Made by a program: the position numbers and the translations under genes | The notes under the pieces: model-generated | Databases searched by the model: none | The model's input: the letters and a program-made list of their open reading frames with translations, nothing else | What the model was told of the DNA's origin: nothing | Assembly (NCBI GenBank): GCA_001600815.1 | Contig: BCKZ01000003.1 | Span: 1,585,912 to 1,611,117 of the forward strand | Length of the DNA stretch: 25,206 bases | Direction of reading: 5' to 3' | Origin: Alloascoidea hylecoeti | Lineage: Eukaryota | Shown here: in pieces, positions 1 to 11,019 of the stretch | Layout of the letters: every line of letters starts with the position of its first letter | How positions within the stretch are numbered: the stretch's first letter is position 1

Positions 1-900
1 TTGAAATATGTAATCTGAGTAAACATGTCTTATAATTTGATGAAATATGTAGAAGGCTTAGTATTAACCCTCAATTAATATTGTGTAGTTCATTGTAAAA
101 GGTTATGCTAGCGCTAACAACTGGCCCCTGGAACTCTTGGAACAAACCTACTGAACTTTATAGATCAAATCCGGAGGATTGATTTCCCCTTCATTAATTC
201 TGAAGCGCTGGCTTCAAAGTTCAAAACTAGGATTTCAAAGACTACCTAATAATCCTAAGTTCTTAAATACACCTTCTGAAAGAAGTCTTTGATGAGACTC
301 CCGAGGATGCCATATTCAATTAAGATGACACCTATTAATGCTAAAATTGCGATAGAGTGGTTTCATTAAAAGGAGATAGAGGAGTTGGGGTGGCCGTCTT
401 TTTCTCTACCCTAGACCTGAATCATATTGATGAATCAATACATCATTGATACTTGGATTGACTCCAAGATCCATAAATAGAGTGGCAACCGTTTATGTAA
501 TTAGGGGGACTAAGACTAAATACTAGATTTTAAAATCATTTAATTTTATATTGACAAATATAATATCTAATATATAATATCTATGGAACATTGTGCATTA
601 CTTCTAACTTCTTCTAAGAACAGTTTAAGGTCTTAGTAATACATTATCTTTTATTGGATTGGTAAAAAAGCTTAGCAAACTAAAAGGGAACCTGGTTGTA
701 CATACTTATTATTACGACCGGTGTGGAGATTAGACTGCCGCTAGTTTTTCGGAGATCACCACAAAGACTCATATTAAGAGAACCCTTCTAGAAAACATAT
801 ATGTATATGGAATATCCCTGGAACTTAAAAGGCATTTTGTAATTACGAAGAATTAAAGATATGATTTAAATATTAACTGAAGAGTTTGAGATGGTACTGG

Positions 901-1013
901 TGTTGTATTAGCGAATATTTAAATCTGGTACAGGATCCGTCGAGTATGTCTTCCAAGAAAGCTAGGCTTTGATCCCTTTGTGAGCTGTTCTAAGAGTGGT
1001 ATAATATCCAACA
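901..1013 (-). repeat. Degenerate LTR-like sequence related to the TRIM LTR at 11130
   Basis: Minus strand reads TGTTGGATATTATACCACTCTTAGAACAGCTCACAAAGGGATCAAAGCCTAGCTTTCTTGG...TACAACA. This aligns by eye with the TRIM LTR TGTTGGATATATTACACTCTTGGAACAGTTCACTAAAGGGTCAATTGGCTTTTTGG. Ends are TG...CA; no TSD seen. Confidence 0.6.
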
Positions 1014-1577
1014 TAACATATGGTATGGGCTTGAATCCGGAAAAGTGATCGTACTGCCTCGTAAAGACACGAGAGCGGTTGTGGTTCTCAATACTCCATG
1101 CATAACTCCGTCTATTAACTCTTAGAGTAGCGTAGCAGCCCACACTAAATGCTGAACTCAAAATGCCTTTTCATAGTTCATAGAATAATAGAATTTCTAA
1201 AATATACGGAACATTATGAAATTAAATGAAGAACGGTTTAAAGCCTTATAGATTATTCCATGGTACGGTTTTTGGTACCTGCGTAAAGTTGATATTGAAC
1301 CGACATATATAATTTGTAAACCCCTTACATAAAATCAGTTACAGTAATCTTGTGGCTCATTCCTCTTAAGATTGTCCTGGAATAATATCTTTAATATTAC
1401 AATTGGTAGGCCTACTCAAATTAACTCCATACAGATTCTTAAAACTAACATAAGCATTAGTAACTTGATGGAAGCAATTTATTATGATAAAACTGTGGAA
1501 AATCAAATTTAAACAATTACAATTAATACAAATGCATATAAGTTAGTTAAATATTGCAATTGAAGTTATGAGCAACT

Positions 1578-2504
1578 TTAATCACTATCTTCTTGTTCTT
1601 CTTCATATTCTTCTTGCTCTTCTTCAAATTCCTCTTGTTCTTCCTCTAGTTCTTCCTGTTCTTCTTCTAATTCTTCTTGTTCAGATTCAAGATCAGATTT
1701 TTGAGATTCTAAATCAGACTTCTGTGATTCAAGATCAGATTTTTGAGATTCTAAATCAGACTTTTGAGATTCTAAATCAGATTCTTTATCAGATAAAGCT
1801 TCCTCTCTTTCTTCTAACCTTTCTTCTCTTTCTTCTAATTCTCTTTCATAACCATAATCTCGAGGAGGTTCACTATATTCTTGAGATCCACCACCATAAT
1901 TTTGAGAAGGAGCACTAGTATGCTGATGCTCTTCATCCGAATCTGAATCATCTAACATTTCATGGGCAACTGCTCCAACTGCAATTCCTGCTACTGCACC
2001 TGCTGCTAAAGCACCAGCGGTTCCACCAGGGAAACTCTTTTTCTCTTTCTTCTTTTTGGGTAGACCGGTTTTTGGATCTATTTCAACTGATGTACCATCA
2101 TGACTTGTATAATTGGGTTGACCATAGGTAGTTGGGGGTTGTCCGTATTGTGCTTGTGGAGCACCATACTGTCCTTGTGGAGGATAGCCTTGTGGAGCAC
2201 CATATTGACCTTGGGGTGGGTAACTTTGTTGACCATATTGGCCTTGTGGTGGATAACCTTGTGGAGCGCCATATTGTCCCTGGGGTGGATAATTTTGCTG
2301 AGCGCCATATTGACCTTGGGGTGGATAACCTTGTTGAGGATAACCTTGTTGAGGATAACCTTGTTGAGGATAACCTTGTGATTGATGATCTCCATACTGA
2401 TTAGAAGGTTGGGCAGATCTTGTTTCATCCTGAGCTGGTTTCTTATCATCATCATCAATCATAACATCTTTGAGCTTATCCTTTAACTTATCAAATATAC
2501 CCAT
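1578..2504 (-). CDS. Low-complexity protein (308 aa): Q/G/P/Y-rich repeats, Gly/Ala hydrophobic segment, acidic heptad coiled-coil tail
   Basis: ATG-initiated ORF with an A-rich Kozak context. Contains PQQGY and PPQGQYG repeats, [19 protein letters not shown], then ESQKSDL and EEEQEEL heptads. Repeat units vary at synonymous positions. Confidence 0.85.
   Translation of the reverse strand: MGIFDKLKDKLKDVMIDDDDKKPAQDETRSAQPSNQYGDHQSQGYPQQGYPQQGYPQQGYPPQGQYGAQQNYPPQGQYGAPQGYPPQGQYGQQSYPPQGQYGAPQGYPPQGQYGAPQAQYGQPPTTYGQPNYTSHDGTSVEIDPKTGLPKKKKEKKSFPGGTAGALAAGAVAGIAVGAVAHEMLDDSDSDEEHQHTSAPSQNYGGGSQEYSEPPRDYGYERELEEREERLEEREEALSDKESDLESQKSDLESQKSDLESQKSDLESQKSDLESEQEELEEEQEELEEEQEEFEEEQEEYEEEQEDSD
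1595..1790 (-). repeat. Coding 21-nt tandem repeats (ESQKSDL and EEEQEEL heptads)
   Basis: Repeated units such as TTTTGAGATTCTAAATCAGA on the + strand; boundaries approximate. Confidence 0.8.
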
Positions 2505-3154
2505 TTTTGAAAAATAGTAACAATATTATAGTAATGGTGGGGTTTGGGTATAAATAATTGAGAATAAAGTTGCAATTAGAACTGGAATCGAGATTGAGAA
2601 TTGAAGGGATATTAATCGGTTTTATATTCCACCCAATGCGACGATCAATCGTAACTTTAACGATACGTGTTAAACATTTGCATAGCCCTCCGTCTATACG
2701 TAATATCTCGTAACCGTGTTGATACCGAAATATGCTGGCTAAAGGTTAACAAATCAGATAATCATAAAGATATAATTATGTATAAATGCTTGGAATGAAC
2801 TTGAAGATTATTAATTTATTACATTTGTAAATAATCAAATGGTGGTTATAATTGGCCTCCGAGGTCCGAGAAAGGCATCTACACAGCAAAATATGGGCTG
2901 TGAAGGGAGGTGAGTGTGGTGCTTGATCCAATTAGTGGATGGTCCGACATACTCGGAAGCATGCGGCCCGACGCCAAGAACAGTTGTGTTGCTACATCTA
3001 TTAGATACAATGGATACAATGGATACAATGCTACCATTTTTTTGACGACTATAAAAGTGAGCCCCAGGAAGACTATCACAATAAATAATGAAATTAAGTA
3101 ATACAATTAGCAATAAACAAAATAATAAAGAAAGATGTTAATATATTAATTGAT

Positions 3155-3949
3155 TTAACTTGCTCTGAATTTGTAATCTTTTTTCCTTACCATTACATCA
3201 GTTAAAGCCTCGTTATCCACAAACCAAGCTACTCTTCCTGCTGCTCCTTCGTTGACAATTGAACTTGGCAATCCAGCTTCCGGGTGTTCCATTATTGTTT
3301 TGATAACCGGAGCCTTTGTAGCACCTTCAACAACAAAAGCAATTCTTAAAGAGTGGCAAATAACCGGAACTGTTAAAGTAATTCTATTATGGATATGCGT
3401 TGGAGCATCTGTAACAGCTACACACCAAGCATATTCTTCTCTTAATGCTTCACTATTTGGGAAAAGTGAACAGATATGGCCATCTGGTGCGCAACCTAAT
3501 AACAATAAATCAAACATTGGTAATTTAACTGAATCTTTTGCTGCAAAACCTTTTATTAATAAATTCTCGTAGTTTTGTGCGGCCTCTGTCGGATCTGATA
3601 TAAGGTGTTCGTCAATATGAAAAGTACGTGGTTTACCATTTGGATTATCTGATGGAATTAAATCAAGTAAATTCTTTTTTGCAAGACCATAGTTTGAATC
3701 AGGGGAATCAAATGGAACTAATCTTTCATCAACAAAATAGATATCCCATTTATTCCATTTAATATCATTTCTATTGAGTAATCCTTGATTTAAAACATCA
3801 ATTAATGATCCACCACTAATGCCAATGCGAAAACGTTTTGAAGAATTTTGTAAACATGAGTTTTGAGCATGGATGATATGGTCTGCGACGGCATTGGCCA
3901 CATGACGGACATCATTAAATGCATAAATATTTGGAACGGTTGTTGTCAT
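3155..3949 (-). CDS. SOL1: 6-phosphogluconolactonase family protein (Sol1/Sol2-like), 264 aa
   Basis: Motifs ISGGSL, YFVDERLVP, SNYG, FDLLLLGCAPDGHICSLFP, RITLT, WFVD. The start MTTTVPNIYAF matches the yeast Sol1/Sol2 N-terminus, so ATG 3949 is preferred over the ORF-track start at 4027. Confidence 0.93.
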   Translation of the reverse strand: MTTTVPNIYAFNDVRHVANAVADHIIHAQNSCLQNSSKRFRIGISGGSLIDVLNQGLLNRNDIKWNKWDIYFVDERLVPFDSPDSNYGLAKKNLLDLIPSDNPNGKPRTFHIDEHLISDPTEAAQNYENLLIKGFAAKDSVKLPMFDLLLLGCAPDGHICSLFPNSEALREEYAWCVAVTDAPTHIHNRITLTVPVICHSLRIAFVVEGATKAPVIKTIMEHPEAGLPSSIVNEGAAGRVAWFVDNEALTDVMVRKKDYKFRAS

Positions 3950-4086
3950 TGATTGTGGATTAACTTTGCAATTGATCTTGAGTTTCGGAGGAGGCAAAAA
4001 GCTCGTGTGACCCGGACATTCCATCAATCACTTTATATAACATTAATGCGCTCTATACATTTTCATTTTACATAGTTAATAATAAT

Positions 4087-6054
4087 ATGATCCTCACAGC
4101 TCTACTAACGCTTTTTGGAGTTTTATTGGCTCCTTTGTGGATCCACCGGCACACAAGGTGGTCCCGGATGCCTCTAGTTTCCTCTTTTTTCCTGGTCTTG
4201 GCAGTGTTTTTACAAATTCTGGCGGTTTTGCTGCTGCCTTTGGATATTTACGACACAACCGGAAATAACAATGAGCTTATATGGTCCATTATATACTGGT
4301 CCGCATTTATGCTATCATGGTCAATATTACCAATACTACAAGCCTATTTGGCTTCCGGTTTCTGGTCTATCCGTGATAAATTAAAACAAGCAATAAAAGA
4401 TAATTTATTATTTCAATTGATGTATTTATCGGCTGGAGTAATTATATTAATTATAACAATATCAAAAGGTTGGTCATTATTTATTGTTAAAGATATGATA
4501 ATTGCTTTATCTCATGGTTATACTTTAGTATTAGCATTATGGATAATGTGTCATGGATTAATTACATTACCAAAAAGATTGTATAGAAATTCAAAATTAA
4601 AAGAAAAATTAAATCATTATTATTTAAAAGTTGGTTCATATTATGATAAAAAACAAGAATATAATGAAAAATTAGAAGAAATTATCAAACAAGTTCAAAA
4701 TTTAAAAAATTATAAAGGTGAATATGAAGAATGGGTTAATCATTTACTTAATGCTATAAAAATTATTAATATTGGTTCTGAATATAATATTAATGGAAAT
4801 AATGGATTATCACCACCAAATATGAATGAAATTGATAAGAATTATCTTTCCAAGTTAACAAGAGACTTAAAATCAATTGGGTACAAATATATTTCATCAC
4901 ATTCTGAATATGAAATATTAATTGAAGAAGTTGCCATATTGCATTATTTATCATCATTAGAATCATCATTAACTAATAATAATTCATCTATTAAATTAAC
5001 AAAAAATCAAATATTATATCATAAACATATTAAACCAATGATTAACTTAATTGGTTGTATAATATGCTCAATTTTATCAATTATTATTTTATGGTCAGAA
5101 TTAACACACTCAACAAAAATTTCATTAATACCAATTTTAACACATCCATTTTCAAAATCACCAACTTCTGGTACATCATTATCAATTTTAATAACTTATA
5201 TTTTTTTAATTTATATGTCTTTAACAACACAATTAACAACAACAAGAATTCAAATTTTCAATATTTATTCATTATCATCAAATGGAAATTCAAATCCTTC
5301 AAATTTATGTTGGTATGAAATGTATGGTGTTAGAATGATTATACCAATATGTTTCAATTATCTTACAATATCGTCAAGGATTTCAAATATATCTAATGAT
5401 CATGAAAGTGGATTTGAAAAAATTGTTGGTGATTCTGTTAATTTAACTGCATTAGGGAAAGATTGGAATGATTGGGTACCTAGAGCAATTGTAATAATAC
5501 CATTATTAATATGGAGTATTAAAAGTTGGTTAAATAAAAATGGTAAGAAGAATTCAACAAATGATGGAGAATCAAGTTCTGGTGTTATGAAATGGTTAAG
5601 ATCATATGAAGAAGAATTTGATGAAAGTAATGTTACACATGGAATTGGTAGAGGTGATGAAGAAGAATTAATTGATTCAAATCAAGATGATATTGAAGAA
5701 GGTAAAGGAATAATTGAAAGAGAATTAATTTTAAGAGAACATCGAAAAACTAGACAATTACAAAATCAATCTTCATCACAATCTCAACCATCATCAATTA
5801 CAGCAATTAATAATAATAAAAATTTAAATGATGGAGATATATCAATTTCAATTTCAAATTTAAATTGTATAACTATTGGTTTAATAATTGATCTATTTAA
5901 TTTTAAATTTAAACAATTTTTAATTAATAATGAAAATTTAATTCCTTTTGGATTAAATAGATATATAAATGAAATAGAAATTAGGAATGATAATGATCAT
6001 GATGAATATGGAAGATTGGGGACAAGTATTGATATTAATAATGAAAGAATTTGA
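4087..6054 (+). CDS. LMBR1-domain (LMBRD2-like) multi-pass membrane protein, 655 aa
   Basis: LLLPLDI, W..IYWSAFMLSWSILPILQAYL.SG, ALSHGY.L.L.LW.M.HGL..LP, IILWSE, R.IIPICFNYL; about 9 hydrophobic segments. Confidence 0.88.
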   Translation: MILTALLTLFGVLLAPLWIHRHTRWSRMPLVSSFFLVLAVFLQILAVLLLPLDIYDTTGNNNELIWSIIYWSAFMLSWSILPILQAYLASGFWSIRDKLKQAIKDNLLFQLMYLSAGVIILIITISKGWSLFIVKDMIIALSHGYTLVLALWIMCHGLITLPKRLYRNSKLKEKLNHYYLKVGSYYDKKQEYNEKLEEIIKQVQNLKNYKGEYEEWVNHLLNAIKIINIGSEYNINGNNGLSPPNMNEIDKNYLSKLTRDLKSIGYKYISSHSEYEILIEEVAILHYLSSLESSLTNNNSSIKLTKNQILYHKHIKPMINLIGCIICSILSIIILWSELTHSTKISLIPILTHPFSKSPTSGTSLSILITYIFLIYMSLTTQLTTTRIQIFNIYSLSSNGNSNPSNLCWYEMYGVRMIIPICFNYLTISSRISNISNDHESGFEKIVGDSVNLTALGKDWNDWVPRAIVIIPLLIWSIKSWLNKNGKKNSTNDGESSSGVMKWLRSYEEEFDESNVTHGIGRGDEEELIDSNQDDIEEGKGIIERELILREHRKTRQLQNQSSSQSQPSSITAINNNKNLNDGDISISISNLNCITIGLIIDLFNFKFKQFLINNENLIPFGLNRYINEIEIRNDNDHDEYGRLGTSIDINNERI

Positions 6055-6572
6055 TGTCTAGTTGGGTTTAGTTAAGTTTTTATAAATATCATAGGTGAAG
6101 TTTTATTTGTTTAGTATTAGTATTGATATAAGGGTGGATTATTATATTATTACATTTCTAGAAAATCTTGTAATTAGTGAATGAAAACATGTCTCATTTG
6201 TATGTTGTGATCGGTATTACAATTTAAACTACCGATATTGAAACCATTTTTAAGCAACATTATTCTATAGCATCAACACAGACGTTATTGAGCATGAAAT
6301 ATTATATTATCAAGTTAGTCTGGAAAAACTCATTGATGGTCAATGTACTTTATCGTTAAATTAAGATTATTATTTGTTTGCTTCCTTTTTTTTTTCCAAG
6401 GAAATGTCGGGAAAACCCTATGTAAAGTTCCGTAATCATCCATTCTCTGAGGATTCAAAAAATATAATTAAAACTAACTGATACCTATTTATAAATTATA
6501 CACACCCGCAATTGTAGAGATAGTTGAAAGTCAACATTCGAACGATATCTTTTATATTGATTACAATTATAA

Positions 6573-7613
6573 TTAATTTGTAACTTTAACTATGATTTTA
6601 CCCTTTGATTGAGATGTTTCCATATATTGATGAGCTTTAACAATATCTTTCCAATCAAAAACTTTATCAATAAATATTTTAAAATTCCCATTAATTATTT
6701 GTGGTAAATAATCACGTCTAAAAATATTTAAAATATCATATTGATAATCTTCTGATCTTGCTCTTAACGTTGTACCTATTATTTCAATTCTTCTAATTAA
6801 AATTGAAAGTAAATCAATTGGTTCTTTAGTTTTATTACCACCCATAATTGCTAATAAAACCAATTTACTATCAAGACCTAAAACATTTAAATCTTTTTCA
6901 ATATAACCTCCACCCGCAACAGGATCTAATATATAATTAATTTTTTGTTTATAATTTCCATTATCAAGTGAATTAATTTTTTTTTCAAAATCTTCTTCAT
7001 GATAATTAATTCCAATAATTTTTGTTTTATTTTTTAATCCTGATGAATTTTTAACAATTAAATCATTCTCAACAAATTTTTGTTTTTCATCAGATCCAAT
7101 TGTTGTGAATATTGTATTAATTTCTAAAAATTGAGCAATTTGAATAGCAGCAATTGATACAGCACTTGCACCAGCATGTAATAAAATATTTTGATCTTTT
7201 TTAATTCCACCAATATAATTTAATGCTTGTGTTGCAGTGATCCAAACTTCACAAATTCCAGCTGTTTCTTCAAATGATAATTCTTTTGGTTTATGAAGTA
7301 AAGTTTTTGTACTTGTTACGATTTTTTCAGCATATGCTCCACCATAAGCTAAACCGAAAACTTCATCACCATTTTTAAATTCTTTTGAATTATTACCATC
7401 AATCACAATTCCAGAAAATTCAACTCCCAAGATTGTAGAAACACCTTCAGGTATGGGGTAAAGACCTTCTCTTTGCATTAGATCCATTCTATTAAGACCA
7501 AAAGCATGGACTTTAATTAAAACGGATCCAGGTTTTAATTCAGGATCTGGGTATTCATCTATGAATAAAGAGGTTGCAGGACCTTTTCCATTTTTAATTT
7601 GAACAGCTTTCAT
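6573..7613 (-). CDS. NADPH:quinone oxidoreductase, PIG3/zeta-crystallin-like MDR family, 346 aa
   Basis: GLNRMDLMQREGLYP, ILGVEFSG, VFGLAYGGAYAE, LLHAGASAV, GTTLRAR, AHQYME...GKII. Confidence 0.92.
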   Translation of the reverse strand: MKAVQIKNGKGPATSLFIDEYPDPELKPGSVLIKVHAFGLNRMDLMQREGLYPIPEGVSTILGVEFSGIVIDGNNSKEFKNGDEVFGLAYGGAYAEKIVTSTKTLLHKPKELSFEETAGICEVWITATQALNYIGGIKKDQNILLHAGASAVSIAAIQIAQFLEINTIFTTIGSDEKQKFVENDLIVKNSSGLKNKTKIIGINYHEEDFEKKINSLDNGNYKQKINYILDPVAGGGYIEKDLNVLGLDSKLVLLAIMGGNKTKEPIDLLSILIRRIEIIGTTLRARSEDYQYDILNIFRRDYLPQIINGNFKIFIDKVFDWKDIVKAHQYMETSQSKGKIIVKVTN

Positions 7614-8493
7614 TTTTTGTTCATATAAGGATATAAGGATTGATTAATAATGATGAAAGTGGGGGATTTCACCCGTTTTATATTCCTTTCCTCCATGCCG
7701 TTATTTCCGATATACGTCACCCGAACCTCAATTGATGAAAACCGCAACTTCTCATCAGCATAAACATGATAGTTTTATTGTAATGATTATTGCTTTGTCA
7801 TAAATAAAAAGGGAATTGGTTGCGGGTAATGCATCACTTTCTATTTATGGTGATGTCATTCGTTGCTACATGGGTTTTTGAAATACTTATAATACTTGAA
7901 ATTCTGTGAAATCTATATTCATCTTTGTAAGATCACATTTAAACTTATTTACTATTTAGTATTAGCACCTCCCTCAATACGCGCATGGAATTGATCAGAT
8001 TATCATGGTATCCTGATCCATGGGGTCCCCTCTTCCGATCCTTTAACGGCTGCACATTCGCCATTAACTATAACACCATCCTAAACAACCTGAAAACATT
8101 CAATCTATATCTTAATTACATCTTTCGCTCATTCAGTTCTTCTCATTCAGAAAAATCCCTTTTGGTGACGAGAATGGTTCGAATTTTATGTTCACGTTTC
8201 TTCCCAAAGGATCTGAGATAGTCTTTGATATTGTAATGTTGAACCTTGAAGACGACACCCTATCAGTTCAGTCCTTAGATTCCGAGTTACCCTCCTTTCA
8301 GCAAGTTTTGTAGGGTTTCTTGATGGACATATTTCTTTCTGAAGTTTGACGGATCAATACGTGTTTTACTTATTTTGGAATTGAGAAGTCAGTTTTTTTA
8401 TACTTATATTACACATTTAATATACAGAATATTACATCCCCAATTAAGTCCATCAGGTTTAATAAATAAAAATGGTAATAACTAATTATAATC

Positions 8494-10456
8494 TTAATGG
8501 GTTTCTTCTTCCTCTGCTTCTTCTTCTGTGATCAACTTTCGTGCTTCTCTCATTCCCTTTTCGGCATCTACCCAAAAATAAATGGATGCTGAAATCGCGA
8601 CAAGAAATAAATTTGGTAAAAATGGATATCGATCGTTTCCAGTTTTATCTTGAATTACAGCAATAACAAGTGATCCTATCCAACCTGTAGCAACACCAAG
8701 GAAAATTTCAAGTCCAAAATATTGTGCTTCATTGCCTTCAGGTAGCAAAGTACTGTATAAAACACGATTAAGTGATCTCAATGCACTACCGCTACTGATA
8801 TAAAATATATCAAAAACCCAAAATTCGGCTCTATGTTTGTAACCAATTGTTAAACTTTTGTTGATTCCTAAACATCCCCAAAAATTACTGAATAATTGAA
8901 TTGCAAGGAAGATGTACGCCCAATTTTTAATTCCTAATCTTGTACGTGGGTATAAAAACATCCATAAAAGTGATCCTATTGAAGCAACAACGTATGACAT
9001 AAAAGAATAAATTGTATATTCTCCATCTGTTGATCCTAAACCCAAAGTACTTCTGAAAAGAAGTACAAATACTGAAAGAAAATTGCTATATGAAACATTC
9101 CAAATAACCCATGCAACACAAAGTTTATAAGCTTCTGGATATTCTTTGATTCCTTTAAAAAGAGTAAAAATTCTCTTGAAACTTAATTTCACATATGATA
9201 TATTTGGTGGTTTTTTCATTCCTTCAATTGATGGAATGAAAAATGCACCTATGATACAAAAGACAATGGTAATACAACCAGCAATTGTAATAGCCAATAA
9301 AAAGCTGTTTTCTTTTGGTTAGTGATAATTTGATAAAATGGATAATTGTTATATTTGAAAATACTTACTTCTCGTATCCCTTATCAAAAGCAAATCCTCT
9401 TGTGTATGAAATAATTATACCAATTAATAGGGCTGTAAGGCCTCCAACATTTCCAATAAAAAGGCCTAGAACACTAACTACACTTCCTCGTTTTAAAACG
9501 ATATCCCGTCTAACGTCTTCAGCTACTGTTCCTTTAGAGGCAACTCTAGCTCTCATAAATATAGGGATATATGAACCTTCCAATGCTTGATAAATTGAGT
9601 CAATTGAGTTTAAGAGAATATAAAGAACTGACATAGTTATTAAAATAGGGTATGTTTTATTTTTCAATCCCGCAAATGGAAGAGCGAATATACCAAAAAG
9701 AATAATTGTTGCGATCATTATAGTTTTTCTATTATTTGAATAATCCGCAAGTTGTGAGGTAAACAAAATCAATACTCCTTCAACAGCAGTGAAAATAGCT
9801 CTTAAATATAGGCTAAAAAATAAAATTATTATTTTTTTGTTAGATATGTTAAAGAGAAACTTTTAGTTAATTATAAAATTAGATTCTTCCATTGAATTTG
9901 TGAATCGAAGAAGCAATAACATCATCATATAAGAATAGTATTAATAATACTTACATATAACTGTTCATTCTTACTTCACCAACGCCAAATTTCACAAGAC
10001 AATCTCCTCCTCTTCTCAAGCAAGGTTCAGTAGAATCAGGTTGATGACCAAGACGGTTTGCAGCTGATTGAATAGCAGCAGGAACATAACTTCTAGCCAT
10101 GGATGATGTTGGACCAGTCTTAAATTTAAAGAGTTAACGTTAGTACCTTTTCTTGGAACGATATATATTCATAGATATTATAAATATAGTAATGATTGTA
10201 ATGGAGATATTCATAAATATCATTTACCTTCATAGAGTTCTTATTTGCTTACCGAGTAACAGATTAATAACCAAGTCAAGAGACTCTTTTTTGTATCCCA
10301 ATCTTTTAATTTGTTCTTTAATGATGAATTTACAGGATCCTCAAGATCAACATCATGATCAGACATTGCTCTACGCTGCTCAGTTTGGCTGGCACGATCA
10401 GAACTGTCATCTGTACTTGCTGAAACAGCACTCGATGAGATTGCTTTGGTTTCCAT
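8494..10456 (-). CDS. ATG22: Atg22-like MFS amino-acid efflux transporter, 4 exons (10456-10253, 10118-9955, 9812-9369, 9304-8494), 540 aa
   Basis: Splicing at GTAAGC/GTAAGT donors and TAG/AAG/CAG acceptors joins the pieces in frame (1623 nt). Branch sites TACTAAC (intron 1) and CACTAAC (intron 3). Motifs LADYSNNRK, LYSTLLPEGNEAQYFGL, WIGSLVIAVIQDKTGNDRYP, VDAEKG. Confidence 0.85.
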
Positions 10457-11019
10457 TTTTTGTTTTGCTTTTCTTATTATCTTCTGTTAACGATAATCCA
10501 AGAAATACCACGAATAGTTATAATAAAAATGAAACAATAGGATACCAAATAAATTTTTGACTGAAATATTTTATTAGAATAAGATCTTATTTATATATTT
10601 AATTTATACAAGTAATTATAAACTTTCTTAAAATTTTCAAAATTTCAATTTTTTCCACTGCTGTTTAGGTATTATACATATTTGGAAATGAGCAATATAC
10701 AAGCGCTAATGCTAGTATTGCTTTATTATCAGATTGAGATAGGAATACAAAATACATACTAGTGTTAGCGAATTTTCAACGGTATTCAATTTTTACCCTT
10801 CTTACAGAGGACGGAGTTAGAAAAAAACATATATAAATATGGTTGTAGTTAATTATGAATTGGCAATAGCATACATTAGTTCAATTGGAATTGAACAAAT
10901 ATCAGATTTACTGCGAAAATTACCTTAATTAATATTTTGCATGAATCTCTAAATCTAAATTTCTTTTCTTGCTGTAATCAACATTTGTTTATACGTATCA
11001 TTTAATGTTATTATGAATA

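Noticed and set aside
1568..2458. Overlapping ORFs 1568-1918, 2078-2458, 2100-2381 and 2132-2404
   Set aside because: Shadow frames of the repetitive 1578-2504 gene.
3050..3072. GGGGCTCACT resembling RNase MRP CR-V
   Set aside because: No matching CR-I (GAAAGTCCCC) upstream on that strand.
3950..4027. 26-aa N-terminal extension of SOL1 in the ORF track
   Set aside because: Homology to yeast Sol1/2 begins at MTTTVP (3949).
7985..8335. Short ORF pieces between the oxidoreductase and ATG22-like genes
   Set aside because: No recognisable family; possibly a relic, but unsupported.
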